A stretch of DNA of 64,000 bases from Bacteroidota bacterium (lineage in GTDB: Bacteria; Bacteroidota; Bacteroidia; UKL13-3): assembly GCA_947457395.1 (NCBI GenBank), contig CANGVA010000002.1:81234-145233 (forward strand), read 5' to 3'. Position numbers and translations under genes: made by a program. A model generated the notes under the pieces. It was not told the origin of the DNA and did no database searches. It saw only the letters and a list, made by a program, of their open reading frames with translations. Below are positions 43,311 to 50,310 of the stretch, in pieces (position 1 is the first letter of the stretch; each line of letters starts with the position of its first letter).

Positions 43311-43356
43311 TAAATAACCCTAATAAACAACCCGCCAACTGTAATAAATACCCGCA
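43278..43356 (+). repeat. Family A sense array overlapping the four-helix stop codon and running into the paaB start
   Basis: About 7 full or partial AACCCGYAATAA units, e.g. AAAACCCGCAATAA, CAACCCGTAATAA, ATAACCCTAATAA, ATACCCGCA-ATG. Confidence 0.85.
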
Positions 43357-43728
43357 ATGATAAAATCCCTCGACCCCCGCGTAACACGCGATCAAATAGA
43401 ACTTAATAACCAGATAGCTCCCCTTCAGGAACTCGATCAATGGGAAACGTATGAAGTATTCCATCAAAAAAAACGTGGCGACCAGCATATGCACGTAGGC
43501 ATTGTTCACGCACCCAATCCTGAAATGGCGCTGTTGTTTGGCAAAGAACAATATGGCCGCAGAGGAATCACTGCTAATATTTGGGTGGTAAAAACTGCTA
43601 ACGTGTTTGCCAGCGAATACGAAGACCAGGACATCTTTGAAACTGTTCCCGAAAAACAATACCGCGAAGCCGGAGGCTACAAAGTGATGGAGAAAATCAA
43701 TAAGTACAAGAAAGAAAAGAAAGCATAA
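43357..43728 (+). CDS. paaB: 1,2-phenylacetyl-CoA epoxidase subunit B
   Basis: YEVF.Q...G..H.HVG.VHAP..EMAL, Y.RR, IWVV. Confidence 0.9.
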   Translation: MIKSLDPRVTRDQIELNNQIAPLQELDQWETYEVFHQKKRGDQHMHVGIVHAPNPEMALLFGKEQYGRRGITANIWVVKTANVFASEYEDQDIFETVPEKQYREAGGYKVMEKINKYKKEKKA

Positions 43729-43769
43729 TCATCCTTCTAATCTTTTACCCTTCTCAACCTTATAATCAA
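43729..43769 (+). repeat. 8-nt tandem repeat, family B sense array, before paaC
   Basis: TCATCCTT CTAATCTT TTACCCTT C TCAACCTT ATAATCAA. Confidence 0.72.
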
Positions 43770-43775
43770 ACAAAA

Positions 43776-44525
43776 ATGAACCACACAAAAGAACTACTAT
43801 ACAAAATAGCCGATGATTTATTAATCATTGGTCACCGCAACAGCGAATGGACCGGACTGGGACCGATTCTGGAAGAAGACATTGCTTTTTCATCCATGGC
43901 ACAAGATAAGATTGGTCAGTCGCAGGCTATATTCCAATTGCTTCATGAATTAGGCGAACAGGAGCCCGATACAGTTGCCTTTACCCGAAATGCCAATCAG
44001 TTGCACAATGCAGTATTTACCGAGTTACCCAATGGTGATTATGCATTCAGCACCATGCGACATTTTTTATATGATGTGGCTGATCAATTGCGCTTTGAAA
44101 TGCTGGCCAATTCATCTTATGAACCCTTAGCTAAAGTTTCACGCAAAGTAAAAGGCGAGTTAAAGTACCACGTGTTTCATGCCAATACCTGGATTACAAA
44201 ATTAGGTGCAGCAACAGAAGAAAGTCATGCCCGCATGCAAACCGCATTAAACGAATGTTGGAATTATGCACTGGGTATGTTTGAAGAAAGCGAATACGAA
44301 CAGCAACTTATCAGCGAAAAAATATTTGAAGGAGAAGCCGAACTGAAAAAACGCTGGCTGGGCGCCATCTCACCTGTCCTTACAAAAGCTACATTGTCCA
44401 TTCCGGATGAGTCGACCTGGCAACCACAAACTGGAGGCAGAAAAGGAATACACACCGAACACCTGCAACCTTTATTGGATGAAATGAGTGAAGTGTTTAA
44501 AATTGACCCAACTGCGGAGTGGTAA
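43776..44525 (+). CDS. paaC: 1,2-phenylacetyl-CoA epoxidase subunit C
   Basis: ADDLLIIGHR.SEW...P.LEEDIA, ELPNGDYA, GR.G.HTEHL..LL.EM. Confidence 0.93.
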   Translation: MNHTKELLYKIADDLLIIGHRNSEWTGLGPILEEDIAFSSMAQDKIGQSQAIFQLLHELGEQEPDTVAFTRNANQLHNAVFTELPNGDYAFSTMRHFLYDVADQLRFEMLANSSYEPLAKVSRKVKGELKYHVFHANTWITKLGAATEESHARMQTALNECWNYALGMFEESEYEQQLISEKIFEGEAELKKRWLGAISPVLTKATLSIPDESTWQPQTGGRKGIHTEHLQPLLDEMSEVFKIDPTAEW

Positions 44526-44535
44526 ATGCCATTAC

Positions 44536-44621
44536 AATGTTGGAAGGTTGCAAGGTTGGAAAGTTGTTATACAGTAAAAGTCAACCTTGTAATCTTTCAA
44601 CCTTTATAACCTTATAACCAA
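44536..44621. repeat. Inverted pair of 8-nt tandem arrays (family B) forming a long hairpin between paaC and paaD
   Basis: AATGTTGG AAGGTTGC AAGGTTGG AAAGTTGT (44536-44567) against TCAACCTT GTAATCTT TCAACCTT T ATAACCTT ATAACCAA (44581-44621). Confidence 0.88.
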
Positions 44622-44623
44622 CT

Positions 44624-45109
44624 ATGCTAAGCGAAGCGCAAATATGGCAAGCCCTTGAGGTGGTAAAAGACCCTGAAATTCCAACATTAAGTATGGTAGA
44701 TATGGGTATTATCACCAAAGTAGAGATACGTGGCGAGAGCGATGTGTTTGTTGAAATGACACCTACATTTTCAGGTTGCCCGGCCATTAAAATGATGGAA
44801 GGCATGGTGGCTGAACGATTAAAAGAAATAGGTATTGAAAAAGTAGAGGTAGTTACCACCTTTGATAAACCCTGGGACAGTAATAAACTTACTGAGCGCG
44901 GATTGATGTGCTTGAAAAAGCATGGCTTGGCGCCACCTCCTAAACACAAGGGAGAAATTACGCAAGAGTTATTGGAACATGTTGCTTGTCCATTTTGCGG
45001 AAGTAAAAACACCGAAACAAAATCTCCTTTTGGCCCAACCCTATGCCGCTCCTTGCATTATTGCAATAATTGCCTGCAGGCCTTTGAGCAATTTAAGCCG
45101 GTGGTGTAA
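44624..45109 (+). CDS. paaD: 1,2-phenylacetyl-CoA epoxidase maturation subunit D (FeS-assembly domain plus zinc ribbon)
   Basis: V.DPEIP.LS..DMG, TPTFSGCPA, CPFCGS, FG.T.CRS..YC..C...FE.FK. Confidence 0.93.
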   Translation: MLSEAQIWQALEVVKDPEIPTLSMVDMGIITKVEIRGESDVFVEMTPTFSGCPAIKMMEGMVAERLKEIGIEKVEVVTTFDKPWDSNKLTERGLMCLKKHGLAPPPKHKGEITQELLEHVACPFCGSKNTETKSPFGPTLCRSLHYCNNCLQAFEQFKPVV

Positions 45110-45131
45110 AGCTCTTCATTTTAAACAGCGC

Positions 45132-45162
45132 AAAAAAATCCCGCACATGCGCGGGATTTTTT
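45132..45162. terminator. Bidirectional intrinsic terminator between paaD and the Fic gene
   Basis: AAAAAAATCCCGC-acatgc-GCGGGATTTTTT. Confidence 0.85.
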
Positions 45163-46213
45163 ATTTACTTAAAATGTCAATATACCGCTGTATGGCTTCC
45201 AGCTCGTAGCGGGCTAGCAGTTCAATAAATTGATTATTGCCGCCACCCGTTTGCACGGTTTCCAGTGCCTGGTAGTAAGCCATGCGACTTTTGCTATCGC
45301 CTTTTATATTGGCAATTACATACCCGTGCTTCAGCAAAATCAGGTTCATCACCAGGCGTGAGGTGCGGCCATTGCCATCTACAAACGGATGAATTGTAAC
45401 CAGTCGTTCGTGCATCTCGGCTGCCAGCAAAACGGGGTGCATACTTTGTTTATGGCTGTTGTACCAGATAAACAAATCCTCCATTTGCTTAGGAACCAGG
45501 TAAGGTGCCGGAGGCATATGACTGCTTCCCTTTATCATTACCTGAACATGACGGTACTTGCCCGCATTGGCCTGATCAATTCCACGTAAAATGAGGTTAT
45601 GAATAGCCAGTACCTCCCGCTCACTGATATCGGTTTTCTTTTCAATCAGGTGCTTTACATAAGCAATCGCTTCGCTGTGGTTAATGGCCTCCAGGTGCTC
45701 ACGCATACTTTTTCCGCTGATGGTTAATCCTTCGTTAATTACCAAATCGGTTTCTTTCAGCGTAAGGGTATTTCCTTCTATGCGGTTGCTTTCAAACGTA
45801 TATTCCAGCTCAAGGGCTTGAGCAATGCGGTAGCTGTCGTAACTGCGAAGTTTGTTCAGTTTCTTTTTGCAGTCATCAATTTCCTTTATTATCGTCTTTA
45901 CAGCCTTAGGTGTTTTTAACTTGGCCGTACCGAGTACCTTCATTTTAATTTCGGCTTCGGCAGCCATCATAGCTTGCAGGGCTAACTCATCATCTCCTAT
46001 TTCGTAAATGATTTTTTCTTTGAGCCATTGCACCAGCAGTTCATTGGTATCTATGCTCAACACTTCAGCCAATTTAATTACCTGCTGACGTGTGGGCTTG
46101 CGCACTCCGGTTTCAAATTTACTGACCAAAGCCTGATCAATACCTAGCTCCTGTGATACTTCGCGCACCATCAATCCTTTCTTTTCGCGGGCTGCCTTAA
46201 TCAGGTTTTTCAT
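45161..46213 (-). CDS. XRE-type HTH fused to a Fic domain
   Basis: N-terminal HTH (IK.ARE..GL...SKFETG.RKP), inhibitory SNRIEGN motif, catalytic HPFVDGNGRTSR. Confidence 0.92.
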   Translation of the reverse strand: MKNLIKAAREKKGLMVREVSQELGIDQALVSKFETGVRKPTRQQVIKLAEVLSIDTNELLVQWLKEKIIYEIGDDELALQAMMAAEAEIKMKVLGTAKLKTPKAVKTIIKEIDDCKKKLNKLRSYDSYRIAQALELEYTFESNRIEGNTLTLKETDLVINEGLTISGKSMREHLEAINHSEAIAYVKHLIEKKTDISEREVLAIHNLILRGIDQANAGKYRHVQVMIKGSSHMPPAPYLVPKQMEDLFIWYNSHKQSMHPVLLAAEMHERLVTIHPFVDGNGRTSRLVMNLILLKHGYVIANIKGDSKSRMAYYQALETVQTGGGNNQFIELLARYELEAIQRYIDILSK

Positions 46214-46383
46214 GACATGTTAAATTTTGACATGACAAATTTAGTCATTCAGCGAAACAATCAAATAACCTTACTAAAAAAGCGTCTACATCAAATCAAT
46301 TTGGAGGGTTTACCAAAGGTTGAGGTAAAATTTGTTTAAGGAATCTTAGCAATTATAGCAGTCCTTTCGCTGATTTCTTTTGT

Positions 46384-46749
46384 TCAATACATCAAATGCT
46401 TCTTTTCATTCTTACGCCACCCTGCTTTGCTTTTGTAGGGTGTAAAAAAAATCAGCAAATCGGCCTGGGAGGCATACTTTACAAAGAATATCTTCTTCTG
46501 CGATTGGGAGACATACTCTACAAAATGCCACAAGCCTTCGTTTCCGCTTACTTCGCTTCTGTATTTGGTTTTGCAAACCACTAAGTCGGCCTGACTTTCA
46601 TACTCCACTACAAACACTTTGATATCGGCTTGTGAAGCATAATTAACAGAAAAAACCAACTGTGCTGATGCCTTATTAAAAAGCAATATGCATATAAACA
46701 GAAAGAGCTGCGGAATTAAATTTGCGTGTGTGTTTGTTCTTGCTTTCAT
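46384..46749 (-). CDS. Small secreted repeat protein (DUF6150-like)
   Basis: Signal peptide ending A|Q, then repeated V.Y.SQAD units. Confidence 0.75.
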   Translation of the reverse strand: MKARTNTHANLIPQLFLFICILLFNKASAQLVFSVNYASQADIKVFVVEYESQADLVVCKTKYRSEVSGNEGLWHFVEYVSQSQKKIFFVKYASQADLLIFFTPYKSKAGWRKNEKKHLMY

Positions 46750-46779
46750 AACCGCAGCCGTATTAAAGGTAAAGCGGGC

Positions 46780-47553
46780 CTACTTGGTTGCAATCAAATA
46801 AATATCCCAGGTAAAATCCAGCTTTTCGGCTGTAAGATAAAAATCGGCCGTGCTTATCTGCAGGGTATCATTGTTTTGCTCTTTCAGGTCTTTGCGCATC
46901 AAAGTTGTTAAGAAATTATATGGCTTAACAAGCCAGGATGACGGCACCATTTTGTGTAAACCCAATGGGTCTAAACGCAGTATTTTTTTTGCCCAGCGTG
47001 CATTTTCTTCATAGTACTTATTTACCTTTTCATTTCCCTGCAGCCCCTTTAACTCTACCTGTTTAAAAACCGCATTGATTTCCTTCCGTATTTCGTCAAA
47101 GGTATACTCATGCACATGGAAAGGATTACGTGCAATACTCATTTTTATATTGGGCGTGGTACATAAAAAAACACCTCCGGGTTTAAGCACCCTATATACT
47201 TCCTTCATAAAACCCACCCGATCTTGTATGTGCTCAATGAACTGAAATGCGGTTACTACCTCCACACTTTCGCTTTCCAGCGGAATGGGTGGCACGCTAC
47301 CCGATTTAAAGGATAAATTATGTTTGGCCTTATGTTTCTCGCGCGCAATAGCGATCGTGGCTTCGCTGTAATCCACGCCAACCGTACTTAAGGTATAATC
47401 TGCAAGGTATTGTGTGCCATAGCCATCTGCACAGCCAATATCTGCAGTATGTTTTCCTTTTACATATTCACGTGCAAACTCATAAGCAAAAAAACAACGT
47501 TGCACCGTTACGTTATTGCTATCTTCAAAACTAGGTCTTTCTCTATCAAACAT
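46780..47553 (-). CDS. Class I SAM-dependent methyltransferase
   Basis: DIGCADGYG, GVDYS, FQFIEH, RVLKPGG...TTPN. Start taken at the ATG at 47553. Confidence 0.88.
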   Translation of the reverse strand: MFDRERPSFEDSNNVTVQRCFFAYEFAREYVKGKHTADIGCADGYGTQYLADYTLSTVGVDYSEATIAIAREKHKAKHNLSFKSGSVPPIPLESESVEVVTAFQFIEHIQDRVGFMKEVYRVLKPGGVFLCTTPNIKMSIARNPFHVHEYTFDEIRKEINAVFKQVELKGLQGNEKVNKYYEENARWAKKILRLDPLGLHKMVPSSWLVKPYNFLTTLMRKDLKEQNNDTLQISTADFYLTAEKLDFTWDIYLIATK

Positions 47554-47642
47554 ATTTGTTGGTTTAAGCCGCAATTAAACAACGGCTGCGCAATGGCAAA
47601 CAAAAATAAACATTTCCTTAACTTGCCCTAAAATTAAACGCC

Positions 47643-48302
47643 ATGGATCTTAGAAAAGTAAACGGTTTTTTAATTAGGCTTAGAAAAAACAATAACAAAG
47701 AATGGTTTGATACCAACAGGGCCGAATATGAAGGACTGCGAAAAGAATGGATGGGATTAGCGCAATCATTAATAGATGTCGTTTCTGGATTTGATGCAAA
47801 CGTAAGCGGACTTGCACCCAAAGATTGCATGTTTAAAATTAACCGGGATGTTAGGTTTTCAAAAGATAAGTCGCCCTATAAAACCAACTTTGGTATTGCC
47901 ATCAATAAAGGCGGCAAAAGGGCTCCGTTTTGCGGATACTATCTGCATATAGAGCCCGGCAATTGCTTTATTGCAGGTGGGGCGTATATGCCGGAACCGG
48001 CAATGCTATCTGCCATTAGGCAGGAAATTGACTACAACACCGCTGCTTTTGAAAAAATTATTTCAGATAAAACCTTTAAAAAACTATTTGGTACCATAAG
48101 TGGCGATAAACTTGCCAGGCCACCAAAAGGTTATGATGCAAACAACCCTGCAATTGCGTATTTAAAACACAAAAGCTTTTTAGCTGAAATGAAATTAGAC
48201 GAAGAGAGTTTGGGGGATAAGGCTTCGATAAAAATTATTACACAAGGATTTAAAGCCATGAAGCCGCTGGTAGCTTTTTTGCAGGATGCCCATGCGTCAT
48301 AA
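47643..48302 (+). CDS. DUF2461 family protein
   Basis: L..NNNKEWF, INRDVRFSKDKSPYK, YYLHIEP, L.R.PKGY. Confidence 0.9.
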   Translation: MDLRKVNGFLIRLRKNNNKEWFDTNRAEYEGLRKEWMGLAQSLIDVVSGFDANVSGLAPKDCMFKINRDVRFSKDKSPYKTNFGIAINKGGKRAPFCGYYLHIEPGNCFIAGGAYMPEPAMLSAIRQEIDYNTAAFEKIISDKTFKKLFGTISGDKLARPPKGYDANNPAIAYLKHKSFLAEMKLDEESLGDKASIKIITQGFKAMKPLVAFLQDAHAS

Positions 48303-48349
48303 AAAAGGCCGCCTTTTAAAGCACCCTTTGGAATGATTGGATATGTTTA

Positions 48350-49141
48350 TTATTTTCCTTTGAAAGCAGCAGGGCGTTTATTTAAAAATGCCTGGGTTCC
48401 CTCTTTAAAATCCTCACTGCCAAAGAAATTTCCGAACTCATTAATTTCTACATTGTTTCCATCAAGTTTCTTTTCATAGTAAGCATTTACGCAGCGAATA
48501 ACTGATGATATGGCTAATGGGGACTTGGTTTTTATCTTGTTCAGAATCTCTTCGCATTTAGGAATAAGTTGATCCAATGCTACCACATGATTTACCAAGC
48601 CCAGACGATGTGCTTCTTGAGCGTTTATAACGTCTGCGGTCATCAGTAATTCCAAAGCGCGGCCACGGCCTATCAGTTGAGCCAAACGTTGGGTTCCTGC
48701 ATAGCCGGGGGTAATACCAAGATTCACTTCGGGCTGACCAAATTTGGCATTTTCCGAAGCAATACGGATGTGGCAAGACATGGCCAATTCATTTCCTCCG
48801 CCAAGAGCAAAACCATTTACCGCAGCAATTACGGGCTTAGGGGAACACTCGATTGCATTTAGCACAGCATGTCCTTCTGCACTCATCCGTGTGCCTTCTT
48901 CTACATTGAAATTAGCAAACTCTTCAATATCCGCTCCGGCAGCAAAAGCCTTTGGACCTGCACCGGTAATAATTACACCTTTTACCGTATTGTCTTCATA
49001 TGTGCTAAGCACAGCATTTTTAATATCAGTCAATGTTTGGATATTTAATGCATTTAGTTTGCTTTCACGATTAATCGTGATGTAAAAAATTTCGTTTTCC
49101 GATTTGGTTAAAATGGTTTGGTACATAGGTGACGCACTCAT
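48350..49141 (-). CDS. Enoyl-CoA hydratase/crotonase family protein
   Basis: AFAAGADI, AAVNGFALGGG.ELA, FGQPEVNLG, GTQRL. Confidence 0.93.
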   Translation of the reverse strand: MSASPMYQTILTKSENEIFYITINRESKLNALNIQTLTDIKNAVLSTYEDNTVKGVIITGAGPKAFAAGADIEEFANFNVEEGTRMSAEGHAVLNAIECSPKPVIAAVNGFALGGGNELAMSCHIRIASENAKFGQPEVNLGITPGYAGTQRLAQLIGRGRALELLMTADVINAQEAHRLGLVNHVVALDQLIPKCEEILNKIKTKSPLAISSVIRCVNAYYEKKLDGNNVEINEFGNFFGSEDFKEGTQAFLNKRPAAFKGK

Positions 49142-49266
49142 TGTTCTGTTAATTATATTAATTTACCTGTTGCTTTAAGCGAAAAAGCGATGCAAGGTTA
49201 AGCGTATTTTTTATAAAATCTGTTTTGTAAGTTGCTTTTTTTGTGCACAAAGAAGTCTGCTGAAAA

Positions 49267-49674
49267 TCAGACTATACGATTGGCCTTTACCCAATTTTTT
49301 ATGTAATCAGCTATTTCGTTTGTATGTGCTCCGGGGGCAAACAGTTTGCCGACACCCATCTGTTGCAGTGCCTGCATATCATCATCAGGAATAATGCCTC
49401 CGCCTGTTAGCAATACGTCTTGCAGGCCTTCTTTTTTCATTAATTCTATCATTTTGGGGAAAACCGTATTGTGTGCACCCGAAAGAATGCTCACACCAAT
49501 TACGTCCACATCCTCCTGCAATGCTGCCTGCACAACCATTTCAGGTGTTTGGCGCAGGCCGGTATAAATTACTTCCATGCCTGCATCTCTTAATGCGGTA
49601 GCTATTATTTTTGCTCCTCTGTCGTGCCCGTCTAATCCTACTTTAGCAACCAATACACGTATGGGTCTGTTCAT
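49267..49674 (-). CDS. Cobalamin-binding subunit of a split acyl-CoA (methylmalonyl-CoA) mutase
   Basis: [25 protein letters not shown]. Confidence 0.93.
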   Translation of the reverse strand: MNRPIRVLVAKVGLDGHDRGAKIIATALRDAGMEVIYTGLRQTPEMVVQAALQEDVDVIGVSILSGAHNTVFPKMIELMKKEGLQDVLLTGGGIIPDDDMQALQQMGVGKLFAPGAHTNEIADYIKNWVKANRIV

Positions 49675-49683
49675 GTTTATTAA

Positions 49684-50310
49684 TTATTTTACCCTGCGCA
49701 AATGTAGCGGCTTTTCTTTTGAAACATATTTTTCAAACAGGAAATTAAGGCTTGCCTCTCCCATTTTAAAAACAACTGAGGTATCTGAAGATGAATGTTT
49801 CAAGTTACGCATCTTCACTTCGTTGGGTACTACTACTCTTTTATACGACCCGTCTGTTTGCCTCACATAAGCCTCGCTAACAAAAAGCGTAAAAAGCTTT
49901 TCGCTATACTTTTTACTATGATCTATGCTATAAAAATACAAGTTGTTTTTATCGGCTTTCACAACAGAGACGGTCCATGCATTAGGTATATTTTCATCTC
50001 TATTACTCAACGCATAATATTTACCAAATCTGGAAAATACAACAGTATCGCTTAATATGAGTGGGTCACCTCCAGCCTTGGAGCCGGGTATGGGCATAAT
50101 GCGGTCTGCCATAATCCTTACAGCTGCGCTGTCTTTTTTAAACATATAAAGAAAAGATGGTTTTTCATGGAAGTAATATTCACCATGCAATTCAGCAGGT
50201 ATGCTGCTAAGTTTCTCACCCGGATAACGATCGAAGTGTGCAGCACAGCCGCATAAAATGAGCAGCAATAAAATGGTGGCTGAATTCATTGTTTTCATAC
50301 CGGTAGTCAT
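49684..50310 (-). CDS. Hypothetical lipoprotein
   Basis: Hydrophobic N-terminus with LCGC lipobox. Abuts the gltX stop; exact start uncertain. Confidence 0.7.
   Translation of the reverse strand: MTTGMKTMNSATILLLLILCGCAAHFDRYPGEKLSSIPAELHGEYYFHEKPSFLYMFKKDSAAVRIMADRIMPIPGSKAGGDPLILSDTVVFSRFGKYYALSNRDENIPNAWTVSVVKADKNNLYFYSIDHSKKYSEKLFTLFVSEAYVRQTDGSYKRVVVPNEVKMRNLKHSSSDTSVVFKMGEASLNFLFEKYVSKEKPLHLRRVK

Noticed and set aside
41815..44623. Repeats in the paa spacers as a CRISPR array or IS ends
   Set aside because: Units are 8-14 nt, degenerate and tandem, with no unique spacers. There are no cas or transposase genes and no clear target-site duplication.
41123..46383. paa-Fic block as an integrated genomic island
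   Set aside because: No integrase, tRNA or convincing flanking direct repeat. Only an 8-nt AGGTAAAA match was seen, which is expected by chance.
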